From an uncultured Planctomycetota bacterium (lineage in GTDB: Bacteria > Planctomycetota > Planctomycetia > Gemmatales > Gemmataceae): a DNA stretch of 64,000 nucleotides. Where the stretch lies: NCBI GenBank assembly GCA_963849325.1, contig CAWKHF010000005.1:480001-544000 (forward strand), read 5' to 3'. Shown piece by piece: positions 1-10,183 of the stretch. Made by a program: the position numbers and the translations under genes. The number at the start of each line of letters is the position of its first letter. Position 1 is the stretch's first letter. Below the pieces are notes generated by a model. It was not told the DNA's origin and did no database searches. It was given only the letters and a program-made list of their open reading frames with translations.

Positions 1-123
1 AAAACCGGACGAGGCCGAGAACGGGGATGCCGCGCAGGGCGGCTTTTCGGCTGGAAATATCGTTGTCTCCCTCCCATCCTCCTTCCGGGGAGCGGGGAAT
101 CGCTCTTCCGCCGCCGACCGCTT

Positions 124-152
124 TTGCTCGCCGCCCCCGGACAACCTAGAAT
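124..152 (+). promoter_or_regulatory. Putative sigma70-type promoter
   Basis: TTGCTC-17 nt-TAGAAT, about 85 nt upstream of the ATG at 237. Confidence 0.45.
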
Positions 153-236
153 GAGTAAAGGACGCGGGAACGCCAATCGCCCTGTCCGGACGTTCCGCCG
201 TCCGGGGCCGACCGAGCACTCCATCTGAGGGGCGCC

Positions 237-614
237 ATGAGCAAAGAACTGATGGACATTGTGTTGCCCCGCCTGGCCCAGCGCTTGAATCGACAGCTTC
301 GTCGTTACCGGGCCGGCGAGTTGGACGACGCCCAGTTTTCGCGCAAATTCGAGTCGCTGTTGCAGCAGCAATATTCCTGGCTGGCCAAGCAAGGCATCCC
401 CGAGGTGGAAGCCGCCGTCGCGGTCCACGGGGCCGTGCTGGTTCTCAGCGGTCCCGGTCTGCGGGCCGAGGCCGCCGAGCAATCGCTGCCTCTGGAAGTG
501 GTCGAGTATCAGGCCATCTGCGCCGCCGCCGGCGACATCGCCGAGCACTACGGCGTCAGCGAGCAACGCGCCACGAAACGTCTGTCCACTATCGTCGCCT
601 ATTACGCCGAATGA
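237..614 (+). CDS. Hypothetical protein, 125 aa, predicted helical
   Basis: ATG preceded by GAGGGG; GC3-rich codon usage; no family recognised. Confidence 0.75.
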   Translation: MSKELMDIVLPRLAQRLNRQLRRYRAGELDDAQFSRKFESLLQQQYSWLAKQGIPEVEAAVAVHGAVLVLSGPGLRAEAAEQSLPLEVVEYQAICAAAGDIAEHYGVSEQRATKRLSTIVAYYAE

Positions 615-632
615 GGGATTTGATTCTTACCC

Positions 633-692
633 CACCAGCCCGGAGCGCCCGCGACGGGTCAGCAGAACCCGTCGCGGCGCTCCGGGCTGGTG
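633..692. repeat. REP-like palindrome, family A (ACCAGCCCGGA..CGACGGGT/ACCCGTCG..TCCGGGCTGGT)
   Basis: Long inverted repeat between convergent genes; a second copy lies at 49690-49748. Confidence 0.85.
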
Positions 693-706
693 AGGTGAAA
701 TCTCCT

Positions 707-1126
707 TCACTTGTTCATCTCCTTGATCAACTCCTGAATCTTCTTCTCGTTGTGCGGCACGTTGTTGTTGTCCGTGTATTCGACGTTGAGCACCTCCCAG
801 GCGTCCTTGTTGCTGGAGTCGATCTTGACCAGGATGTTGGCGACGTAGGGCTTGCCGGTGACGGCGCCGTGGTAGTGCATCTTGATGGTCAGTTCGGTGC
901 GGCCGGCCCGCGGCTTGGTGTACTCGTGCTTGACGAGGTCGATCTTCTTGGCCGTCTTGTGCGCCGCGCGCACGATGGCCGTGCCCACGGCGGCGACGAA
1001 GCGCTTCTCCTCGTCGCCGCGCTTGCGAAACGAGATGGACTCGTCGGCCGCCACCGCCATCGTCCCGCACAGGAACAGTCCGGCCAGTACGGCCCTACTC
1101 GCCGTGCGTGTCCCGATCCGCGTCAT
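707..1126 (-). CDS. Secreted hypothetical protein, 139 aa
   Basis: AGGAG RBS; signal peptide (RAVLAGLFLCGTMAVAA); Lys-rich mature part. Confidence 0.8.
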   Translation of the reverse strand: MTRIGTRTASRAVLAGLFLCGTMAVAADESISFRKRGDEEKRFVAAVGTAIVRAAHKTAKKIDLVKHEYTKPRAGRTELTIKMHYHGAVTGKPYVANILVKIDSSNKDAWEVLNVEYTDNNNVPHNEKKIQELIKEMNK

Positions 1127-1381
1127 GGTCGCGCACTCCTTCCCGGTTCGAGAGGTTCGGGCTTGTAGCCTGGTTGTCCCGTCGAGAGTTATTTTACCGC
1201 CGGTCTTGAGGAGAGGGAATGTAGCGCGGCCGCCGTTTGTGAGCTAGACTTTCACCGTGTCGGAGCCCCGCCGCCTTCCAGGTGGGCCGACGCCATGCGG
1301 ATCCCGTCCTCCCCCCGCTGTAACCGAGCCGCGCTGCGCACCCCCCGCGCCGCGAAAGGGGCATGTTTGCTGGGCCCGTCC

Positions 1382-2581
1382 ATGCCGATCGACAGCGCCG
1401 AAACCATGCTCACCATCCTGCAGCGCATGCGGGTGTTGACGCCGGAAGAGACGCACCAGGTGGCGCACGAACTGTGTCCGCACTTCGCCGACGCGCTGGA
1501 CCTGGCCCACTACCTGATCGAGATCGAGTGGCTGACCGAGTATCAGGTCGATTTGCTGTTCTCCGATCGCTGGGAGGAATTGGCGATCGGCCCGTATCTG
1601 ATCCTGGACCGGCTGGGCGAGGGCGGCGTCAGCGAGGTCTTCAAGGCCTGGGATACTCTGCGAGGGCGATCCGTCGCCCTCAAGGTGCTGCGCCAGCACC
1701 TGAGCGACCAGAGTGCCGCCATCCGCGAGTTCCAGCGCGAACTGCGGACGGTGACGCGCCTGTCGCACCCCAACATCGTCAAGACCTTTGACGCCAACCA
1801 GGTCGGCGCCCTGCACTACTTCGCCATGGAGTTCGTCGAGGGATTGGACCTCGATCGTCACGTCCGCCGCTGTGGCCCGCTGCCGATCGAACCAGCGTGC
1901 GACTACGTCCGTCAGGTGGCCCAGGCGCTGCAACACGCCCATCAACTTGGCCTGGTCCATCGCGACATCAAGCCGGCCAACCTCTTCCTGATCAATCCTC
2001 CCACCCCCGGCGCAGCGCCGGCCCGGCGCGCCTCTGATACGGTGGTGAAGGTTCTCGACTGGGGCCTGGCGCGGCTGCGGCCCGATGCCGGCGCGTCGGA
2101 ATCGGCCAACCTGGACATGGACGCGGAAAAGGGCATGTTGATCGGCACCGCCGATTACATCGCTCCGGAGCAGGCCCGCGATCCGTGCCTGGTGGACATC
2201 CGCGCCGACGTTTACAGCCTGGGCTGTACGCTCTACTTCTTGCTGACGGGTGGGCCGCCCTTTTCCGGCACGTCGCTGATGCAGAAGCTGTTGCAGCATC
2301 AGCAAGCAGAGCGGCCGAGCGTGCGGGCCGTCCGGCCGGACGTGCCCGAAGACCTCGACGCCGTGGTGCAGCGCATGATGGCGAAGCGGCCGGAGGAGCG
2401 CTACGCGATCCCGCTGCTGGTGGCCGGCGCCCTGCGCCACTTCGTCACCGGCAGCAGCGGCTCGATTCGCCTGAGTGCCAGCCCCAACGGCACGGCTACG
2501 CGGCCGGGCACGTCGCCGACCCTCGCCGCGACGAAGCCTCCCACGCCGCTCAACCTCGGTGTGCCGCCGCCGAGCGTTTAG
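1382..2581 (+). CDS. Hanks-type Ser/Thr protein kinase, cytoplasmic
   Basis: GEGGVSEV loop, VALK, HRDIKPAN, DWG in the DFG position, GTADYIAPEQ, DVYSLG; Pro/Thr-rich tail with no TM segment; likely start ATG at 1382. Confidence 0.95.
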   Translation: MPIDSAETMLTILQRMRVLTPEETHQVAHELCPHFADALDLAHYLIEIEWLTEYQVDLLFSDRWEELAIGPYLILDRLGEGGVSEVFKAWDTLRGRSVALKVLRQHLSDQSAAIREFQRELRTVTRLSHPNIVKTFDANQVGALHYFAMEFVEGLDLDRHVRRCGPLPIEPACDYVRQVAQALQHAHQLGLVHRDIKPANLFLINPPTPGAAPARRASDTVVKVLDWGLARLRPDAGASESANLDMDAEKGMLIGTADYIAPEQARDPCLVDIRADVYSLGCTLYFLLTGGPPFSGTSLMQKLLQHQQAERPSVRAVRPDVPEDLDAVVQRMMAKRPEERYAIPLLVAGALRHFVTGSSGSIRLSASPNGTATRPGTSPTLAATKPPTPLNLGVPPPSV

Positions 2582-2637
2582 CCGCGACGCGCAGCGGAGC
2601 GCGGCCGCCGCGCTCCGCTGCGCGTCGCGGCTAAACG
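2575..2637. repeat. REP-like palindrome, family B (CGTTTAGCCGCGACG..CGTCGCGGCTAAACG)
   Basis: Near-perfect hairpin that supplies the kinase TAG stop; other copies at 30054-30118 and 32927-32989. Confidence 0.9.
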
Positions 2638-2644
2638 GATGTGT

Positions 2645-3184
2645 CTATTTCTTGGCCTTTTCGCCGCGTTCGTTATCGCGGCCGTGGTGCTCGGCCATGA
2701 CGGCCAACTCGGTCAGCTTGGCCGCCGTCACGCCGATGCGCGCAAAGCAATCGGCGACGATGCTGTTGGGTGCGGTCAGCAGGCTGATGAGCAGATCCAT
2801 CGGCGTGATCTTGCCGCGGTGGTGATCGACGGCGCGGTTGTAGCCGTCGCGCAGCAGGCGGATGACGTTGTCGGACAGGAATTCGCGGTTGAGGATGAGG
2901 ATGGCTTCTTCCTCGCCCTCTTCCTGGTGGAACAGTTCCTGGAAGTTGTCCAGCAGCGTGGACAGGTCGGCTTGCAGGCGTTCGCCCCAGTTGCGGACGC
3001 TGGCATCGGGCACGGCCAGCAGGCCCATGAAGACGTGCGGACTGCGAACGCTGTCCCAGCGCGTCTCGCGGGCCAGCCGCAGCGATTCGCGCAGGGCGCG
3101 GATCGCCTCGTCGGCAAAGCAATCCAGCCGCAGACGACCGCCCGGGAGAAAAATGTCGTCCGCGCATCCGTCCGGCGTCGCCAT
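2645..3184 (-). CDS. Stand-alone Clp N-terminal (Clp R) domain protein
   Basis: Two ClpN-like repeats (SLRLARETRWDSVRSPHVFMGLL; AVDHHRGKITPMDLLISLL); no AAA+ domain. Confidence 0.7.
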   Translation of the reverse strand: MATPDGCADDIFLPGGRLRLDCFADEAIRALRESLRLARETRWDSVRSPHVFMGLLAVPDASVRNWGERLQADLSTLLDNFQELFHQEEGEEEAILILNREFLSDNVIRLLRDGYNRAVDHHRGKITPMDLLISLLTAPNSIVADCFARIGVTAAKLTELAVMAEHHGRDNERGEKAKK

Positions 3185-3303
3185 GGAAGGCCCTTCCAAC
3201 AGAGACGGGAGCCTATTGTGTGATTATGGCGAAGCCGCCCGCCCAACGCAAGAACCCATTCGCGTCCGCCGAGCCGGTGCGGGCGGACAGGCCCGGACAA
3301 TCG

Positions 3304-3432
3304 CTACTTGATCTTGAGCACCTGATGGCAGGTGCGGCAGCGCCTCTGGTGCAGACGGACTTGCTTGTTGCACTTGGGGCAGCGGCTATAGCGCGACTTG
3401 CGCTTGGCCTTGGTTTGCGGCCGGGATCTCAT
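3304..3432 (-). CDS. 42-aa basic CxxC-x10-CxxC zinc-ribbon microprotein (absent from the ORF track)
   Basis: Manual translation MRSRPQTKAKRKSRYSRCPKCNKQVRLHQRRCRTCHQVLKIK*; AAGGAG RBS 8 nt before the ATG; GC3-rich codons. Confidence 0.8.
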   Translation of the reverse strand: MRSRPQTKAKRKSRYSRCPKCNKQVRLHQRRCRTCHQVLKIK

Positions 3433-3509
3433 GGTCTCTTCTCCTTTCAGGCGGACGGCAGGGGCGACGCGCGAAGCCGCGCGATCCTTTCGACTCCCTT
3501 CTGGTATAG

Positions 3510-3620
3510 ATAGGGAATAGGGAATAGGGAATAGGGAATAGGGAATAGGGGCAGGGCTCCTTCTCTCTTCTCTATTCCCTATTCCCTATTCCCTATTCCC
3601 TATTCCCTATTCCCTGTTCC
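3510..3620. repeat. Inverted heptamer array (TAGGGAA)5+ / (CTATTCC)6+
   Basis: Directly visible tandem units forming a hairpin between divergent genes. Confidence 0.95.
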
Positions 3621-3709
3621 GGGGGGCGTTTTCCGCTTGATCTTCGCCGTCGCAAGCCGCACCATGCACAGACGAAGCCGCGATCGATCCCACCGCCAGG
3701 AACCTGCCT

Positions 3710-4615
3710 ATGAACCTTCCTCGAAGCCTTCTCCTCCTGTTCGCTGTCGGCCTGACGGTGTTCGCCGCCGATGCGCCGCCATCGCCCGAGCCGGGCACCC
3801 TCCTCGTCGTTGATGCGGCCGGCAAGAAGCAGAAGCTGAAAGCGTGGAGGTTCACCGAGGGCGTCCGCCGGTTGGGCTGGCTCGCTCCCGCCGAGGCGAA
3901 GGACGACCACGAGAAGAAACCGAAGGCCGGACCCGAAGCCCTGGCCCTGCGCACCGAGACCGAGATCGAATACGCCGAGGGCGTCCTGACGCTAGTCCCG
4001 CTCGACCGCCTGCGTTCGATCGACTTCGACAGCGACAAGGACACCATGACCGTCCAGGCGAGCGGAGGGTCCGAGCCGTTGGTCGGCAGCACGAAGTACA
4101 AACGCATCAACAAGCTGGCGATCGAGGCGGACGTGGACAAGGGCGAGTTGGGCGTCGCCGAGGTCAAGTACCTGGGCGGCTATCCGCGCGGCATCCGCGG
4201 CGTGTACTTCCCGACGCCGAAGGCCGCCGCTCCGCCGACGCCGGGCCGGCGCGTCCGGGTCGTCTCCGCCGACGGCAAGAGCAAAAAGGCGACTCACCAA
4301 GTCGTCGATTTGATGCCGCTGTATCGGCTGCCCAACCGCGCCGAGAAGCTGCTGCCAACGCTGATGTTCAAGAAGACACTGAAGCTGGACGTGGGCAAGA
4401 TCAAAAAAATTGTGGCCGTCGGCGGCGAGGAGGGTGGCTGGCAAGTCACACTCAAGGACGGCGGCGAGGAGACGCTGACGCTGCTGGAGACGATGCCGTT
4501 CGAAGGCAAGTCGGCGCGGCTGCTGGGCTTCGTCGGCCGCGTGCCGGTCGGTTACAAACTCATCCCGGCCAGCGCCGTCGCGGAGATCACTTTCGACGCC
4601 GAGGAGGAAAAATAA
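3710..4615 (+). CDS. Secreted hypothetical protein, 301 aa, beta-rich
   Basis: Signal peptide (MNLPRSLLLLFAVGLTVFA); typical codon usage. Confidence 0.8.
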   Translation: MNLPRSLLLLFAVGLTVFAADAPPSPEPGTLLVVDAAGKKQKLKAWRFTEGVRRLGWLAPAEAKDDHEKKPKAGPEALALRTETEIEYAEGVLTLVPLDRLRSIDFDSDKDTMTVQASGGSEPLVGSTKYKRINKLAIEADVDKGELGVAEVKYLGGYPRGIRGVYFPTPKAAAPPTPGRRVRVVSADGKSKKATHQVVDLMPLYRLPNRAEKLLPTLMFKKTLKLDVGKIKKIVAVGGEEGGWQVTLKDGGEETLTLLETMPFEGKSARLLGFVGRVPVGYKLIPASAVAEITFDAEEEK

Positions 4616-4621
4616 GAAGAA

Positions 4622-4713
4622 CCTCACGCAAAGCGCAAAGAACGCAAAGAAGGAGAAGAAGATCAAAGCGATTCGGCCTTTTTTTGTCTTTCTTTGCGTT
4701 CTTTGCGCTGAGG
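4622..4713. repeat. AT-rich hairpin with CGCAAAG(AA) units, possible bidirectional terminator
   Basis: CGCAAAGAACGCAAAGAA ... TTCTTTGCGTTCTTTGCG inverted arms between convergent genes. Confidence 0.7.
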
Positions 4714-4714
4714 A

Positions 4715-5841
4715 TTTCTTGAAGAAGCTCTTGCGCAGGAGCATCCGCAATCTCTCCACTCGCTCGCGCACGTCATCGGCCGTGGCCGCGCAGACGGTGA
4801 CGTGGCCGACCTTGCGGCCGGGACGCGGCTTCTTGCCGTACAGGTGCAGATGCGCCTCTGGATGGGCCAGCACCGCGCGGATCGGGTAGCTCGCCGATGA
4901 TGTTGAGCATGGCGCAGGGGCCGCGGGCGTCGGCCGACCCCAGCGGCAGACCGAGGACCGCCCGCAGGTGGTTCTCGAACTGGCTCGTCTGCGCTCCCTC
5001 GATGGTCCAGTGGCCGGAGTTGTGAACGCGCGGCGCCATCTCGTTGGCGATCAGCTGCTCGCCCTGCTGGAAGAACTCGATCGCCAGTACGCCGACATAA
5101 TCGAGCCGTTCGAGGACGCGACGGGCATAATCGCGGGCCAACTCTTGCAGCGCCGGCGCAACGTCCGGCGCCGGGGCCAGCGACAGGCGCAGCAGCCCCT
5201 CGGCGTGATGGTTTTCCACCAACGGGTAGAACGCCAACTCGCCCTCCCGGCCGCGCACGGCAAGTTGCGACAGCTCGCGGTCGAAGCGCACGAAGCCCTC
5301 CAGCAGGAGGCCGGCGTCGGCCGCCGCGACGTCCTTGCGCGACTTCACCAGCGTCTGCCAGGCTTGCTCCGCGCCGGCGGGATCGCGGATCAGGCACTGC
5401 CCCTTGCCGTCGTAGCCCATCCGCCGCGTCTTGAGGACGGCGGGACAGCCGGCCTCGGTCATGGCGCCGTCGAGATCCGCCCGCGTTCGCACCGGCACGA
5501 ACGGGGCCGTCGGGATGCCCAGCTGGCGAAAGAACGTCTTCTCGGTGAGACGGTCCTGGCTGACCTGCAAGGCGACGGGCGGCGGATAGACGGGCAGACG
5601 GCGCGACAGCTTCTCGGCCACCTCGACCGGCACGTTCTCGAACTCGTAGGTGACGACGTCCAAGCCCGTTGGCGAAGCGGTCCAGCGCGTCGGCGTCGTG
5701 GAAGTCGGCGCGGACGAACTCGGCGAGGTCGCGGATGGGCGCTTCGTGGGCGGGGTCGAGGAAGCGGAAGCGCTGGCCGAGCGGATAGCCGGCCAGGGCC
5801 AACATGCGGCCCAGCTGTCCCGCGCCCAGTACACCGATCAT
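4715..5841 (-). CDS. purK: N5-carboxyaminoimidazole ribonucleotide synthase (frameshifted in this sequence; 3' end uncertain)
   Basis: [55 protein letters not shown] spread over three frames (shifts ~5665, ~4875); start overlaps the purE stop. Confidence 0.95.
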
Positions 5842-6335
5842 CCCGCGTCCTCCCTCGGATCGGCGTGGTCGAGGACGTTCTGAGTCTGGTTCGTCCGGTA
5901 GGCGTGCAGGGCGGCGCGGAACGACGGATGTTTGCCGCCGAGGATCGCCGTCGCCAGCAGGGCGGCGTTGACGGCGCCAGCCCGGCCGATGGCCAGCGTC
6001 GCCACCGGCACGCCGGCCGGCATCTGCACGATGGACAGCAGCGAATCGACGCCGTGCAGCGCCTTGGACTCGATGGGCACGCCGAGGACCGGCAGCACGG
6101 TTTTCGCCGCCGTCATGCCGGGCAGATGCGCCGCGCCGCCGGCCCCGGCGATAATCACTTCCAGGCCGCGCGCCTCCGCCGTCGAGGCGTACTCGAACAG
6201 CAGGTCCGGCGTGCGGTGGGCCGACACCACGCGCACCTCATAGGGCACCTGCAAGGCATCGAGCGTATTGATGGCGTGGACGAGCGTTTCCCAGTCCGAG
6301 CGCGATCCCATGATGACGCCGACCAGCGGTTGCAT
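5838..6335 (-). CDS. purE: N5-CAIR mutase
   Basis: [42 protein letters not shown]; start ATG at 6335. Confidence 0.98.
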   Translation of the reverse strand: MQPLVGVIMGSRSDWETLVHAINTLDALQVPYEVRVVSAHRTPDLLFEYASTAEARGLEVIIAGAGGAAHLPGMTAAKTVLPVLGVPIESKALHGVDSLLSIVQMPAGVPVATLAIGRAGAVNAALLATAILGGKHPSFRAALHAYRTNQTQNVLDHADPREDAG

Positions 6336-6419
6336 GCGTTGTGTCCTCGCGCGAAGCCGACGCGGTTCGTTGTATCGCCGGACGCCGCGCACGGCTTTCC
6401 GAGTGACATCGAGAAGCAG

Positions 6420-8364
6420 TTAACGGCTTTTGCTGTCCGAAGGGAGGTTGACGCCCAGCTTCAGTTCTCGAACCAGAGCCGGAAAGGCATCGATGAACAC
6501 TTGTCGCTGGACAGTCCCGCCGGGGGTACGCAACGGTCCCAGCGTGCGACTCAGTTGGGGTGCTTGATCCAGTCGGGCCGTGAACTCGCTTGGCCGCAGG
6601 CCGACTTCCGCGGAGGCGGTAACAAGGTCCAGCTCCTTCTCGTACTGGAGGACCAGCGCGGCGATCGGCTCCGTGGCGGTCAAACGCCCGCCGGTCTGTT
6701 CGACGGCCTTACGGTAGCGCTCGTTGTCCTTGGCGAACAAGTCCGCCAGCGCCCCCGACGACGGATAGAGTGCTTGGATGGCGGCCACCTCAGCCGCGGA
6801 GAAAGCGTTCGGGTTGCTCTCCACGTGCGACCGGACCCGATCCTCCTTGGAGATCAGACCCCGCGCGTGGCAACTCATGCAGGAGACGCCGTTTTCGACG
6901 GCCCGATCCGGTCGGCGCAGGATCGCTGACAATGGCCGACGGTGCCTTGTCGAGACGGCGGCCGCGCCCGTCCACCAACAGAAAGGCGTGCAGCCCGTTG
7001 GGCAAATGGAAAATGACTTCGCCGCCGTCGTATTCAAAATCATTGGCGTTCGGTCCCGGCCCCAGCGGATGGGCGAACAGATTGCGTCGATCGCTGTTGT
7101 TGGCGAAGTCATAGCTGCGCCAGTAGCTGCCGTACGGCGAAGCGTGCCGTTCGATCAGGCGATTGTTGCGCGACACGCCGGAGCCGTTGAAGCCGGCTCG
7201 GGCCACGCGCTCCTGGCGCACGTCTTCACGTACATCGAGATGTAGTTGTTCTCCCAACGCCTGTTCGGTTTGGGGGAGCTGGAGCAGCTCATGATAGAGC
7301 GGCGGGCGCGAGGCGGCGGCCACGAACCAATCGGCGCGGACGTAGGACAATTGCTCACCGGCGGCATCGTAACAGGCCCGCGCCTCCGGCGTGTCGAGCA
7401 GTACGCCATGCGGATAGGCCGCCAGGAGTCGGCCCCAAACGCCGTTGTTCCATGAGTAATCGCGGATGTCGATACGGAAGACGGTTCGGGCCGAGTCCAC
7501 GGGGCGGGGGGCAACGATGTCCTTGTTCCACGAAAGGCTGTTGACCAGTTTCGCCAGAGCGAAGCGATAGGTTTGCAATTCATCTTCCGACAGACCGGCG
7601 TTGGCGAGATGCGCGATCGTGAAATAGCGAACGAATCGGCGCTCGCGCTCGGGCCGAGTCCGCAAGTCCCGATGAATCAGGGATGCCAGTTGCCCGTCGC
7701 CGAGGAAATCGGGGCGGCCGGCTGGCGCCTGCTCTGCCGGGGCGCCGGCCTCGATCCACCGTTTCAGCACGGCGATCTCGTTGGGACTGGGCCGCGGAGT
7801 TTCGTCGGCGGGCGGCATCTCGTCTTGTTGGATGCGGCGAAAGAGTTTGGAGCGTTGGGCATCGCCCGGCACCAGCTTCTTCCGGGCTATTAATCGATCA
7901 CGGTCGAGAATGAAGTTGAAACCGCCTTCGGCGGCGCCGTTCTGACCGTGACAGCGGTAGCAGGTGGAACGCAGAATATCGTGTGCCTGGCGGGCGAGGC
8001 CGATTCGATCCGGGTTCTCGGCGCTTGTCGCTACTCTCGCGCTGGGCCGTTCCTCGAGATCCGCCAGGAGGGCGGGAAGATGGCGATACGCCAGCACAAG
8101 GAGAACACAGCCAGCCACGGCGAACACACCACAGCCGGCGGCGAGGATCCAGCGTAGGGGCGAATGCGATTTCCGGGGAGCATCCTTGGCTACCGAAAGG
8201 GGGGAGATGCGGGGGCGGTGGGGAGCGACACTCTTGCAGGGAGACGACGGAACGGGTGGAACTTGAATCCGCTTACCGCACACGTGGCAACCGAACTTGG
8301 TTTCCGCTTCGCGGTCGGGTCGTTCGTACACCGACAAGCAAGCGGGACAGCTAAACCGGATCAT
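6420..8364 (-). CDS. Zn-ribbon + TM + Planctomycete-type c-cytochrome domain protein with two CxxCH motifs (one frameshift ~6925)
   Basis: MIRFSCPAC..CHVC; TM WILAAGCGVFAVAGCVLLVLAY; CYRCH..LVPGDAQRSKL..MPP..WIEAGA; later SCMSCH in the next frame. Confidence 0.8.
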
Positions 8365-8459
8365 GGAGCAGCCCTCACTTCGCCAGTCTGTCGCGCCGCA
8401 AGGGCACCGGACTCCTTTGCGTGTTCATCAGGCTGCCCGATTTGGCCGGACAGCCATCT

Positions 8460-10014
8460 TTACGGCGCGCGCTCGATTTTGTTGCGAAGGTTTTCCGCGG
8501 TCTTGCGGACGTTCTCCGACTTGTGGAACTTCAAGTCCTTCAGCTGCGGTATCACTTCCTTGGCCAGGGTTTGCTTGGCCTCCGGGCCGCACTTGAGCAG
8601 GGTATCCCCCGCCCGATCGATCGACGCAATGGCGGCGAGGATCTGGTACTCGTTAGGGTCGTTGGTGTGCTGCGCCGCCTCCTTGAGAATCGCCACCACC
8701 GGCGGGATAATCTGCTTGCGGAAGTCGGGATGACTCTCGGCCAATCCTCCCAGGATTTCCAGACCATCATCGCGGAAGGGCGTTGCCGTTACGACGAACC
8801 GCCGCTTCATGCGAATTTGCACAACATTCGGTAACGACAATTGGGTGAGTTCGATGATCGTTTTCAACGCCTGGGGGTCGGCGGCGGCGATCTTGGGTAA
8901 GGTTTCCATGCTGTCGTTGGTGACCTGGATCAAAACATTCAGCCCCCACCGCGCTCTTGGATCGGCGAACAAAGCCTGGCATCGTTGGATCTCATGCAGG
9001 ACGACGGGCGTTGCCGGCTTGCCTTGCTCCCCGAGCGAGGCCAGTTTGGTCAAGGCGGCCTCGTGCTTGGCCGCCTGCTCGTCCACGAGGAGGTCGAAGA
9101 CGGGCTTGTACAGTTCAGGATTCACCTTTTCGAGAGCTTCCAGGGCGGCATGGGATACCTCTTTGGTAGTAGATAACGCCGCCTCGCACAGGGCGCCGGT
9201 CGCGGGTCGAGCCTTTTCGCCCAGATTCGCAAGGTCAGCGGCCGCCCTGACGCGCTCCTCTGTCGTTCCGCTTTGCAACCGATTCATCAGCGGCCGTAAT
9301 CGCGCGGCAGGATGGGACGCTCGGAGCGTGGATTCGGCTCGATTCCTTGAGGTGGGTTCCCCTCATTGGGCGTCAAAGGAGATGAAGAACCCCCTTCTTT
9401 TGGGGATGGTCTCTCTCCGTGGTTCCGGAGGCGCTTCGTCTCTTCGTGGCTGAGGCGGGGCGGCCTCAACAGGCGCCGGATTCCCCTCCTTCGGTGTGTC
9501 TTTTCGAGTTGTTAGGTCTGCGCGGAGATCGGGGCAGGTCTGCCTCGGACTTGGCTGACTTCTGGGCGTACGAGTCATCGCCCCTGCCCTTGCTGGTTTT
9601 CTGCTGTGACTCCATGTAGAAAATGCGCCGAACCCAAAGAATCCGCCCACACCGAACACAAGGAAAACGGCGCATCCGATCATGCCCAATTTGGCCAGCA
9701 ACGAACGCTTGGGTGGCGGATGGGGTTCCTGGCGTGGGACGACGACAGACTTGGCGGCCTTCCGGGGCGGCGAGTCGGGCGGGCCGGGATGCGGAAGCGC
9801 GCCGTGGGTTCACCGTCGTGGGAGTGTGAGAAATGACGCGGCCGAGGGTGGTTTTATCGGGCGGCGGCTTCGCGGGCTGCTGCGGAGGGTGCGCCATCGC
9901 GGCTGGGGGCACGACCATCGGATTGTTGCAACCGCGACATCTCGCACTGCGTCCCGCGCAATCTTCGGGTGCGGAAGCCATCATGCCACAGGATGGACAG
10001 GCGAATCGGATCAT
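8460..10014 (-). CDS. Zn-ribbon + Pro-rich linker + TM + HEAT-repeat protein (several frame breaks; possibly one gene)
   Basis: MIRFACPSC..CRGC at 10014; TM MIGCAVFLVFGVGGFFGFG at ~9680; HEAT repeats (AAADLANLGEKARPA, LLKCGPEAKQ) at 8460-9287. Confidence 0.6.
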
Positions 10015-10183
10015 GGAAATGTCCTGGGAAGGAGCGAAGAGAAATCAGATCATCCATACCTCACGACGGCTGCGTACAGGATGATGGGTTCCATCCATCT
10101 GGAAACGTCATTATTGATTGGTGAAGGAATCAACGCGGACTTCGATGCTACTCTCCGATATGCAGGGGTGTCAAGCAAATACG

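Noticed and set aside
3304..3432. Calling the microprotein ribosomal protein L32 or L40e
   Set aside because: Only the Cys spacing and charge match; the bL32 N-terminal MAVPK motif is missing and the context is not ribosomal.
3510..3620. Heptamer arrays as CRISPR arrays or telomere-like repeats
   Set aside because: There are no unique spacers and no cas genes; these are simple inverted tandem repeats in intergenic DNA.
6420..10180. Prophage or integrative element
   Set aside because: No integrase, transposase, tRNA target or flanking direct repeats were seen.
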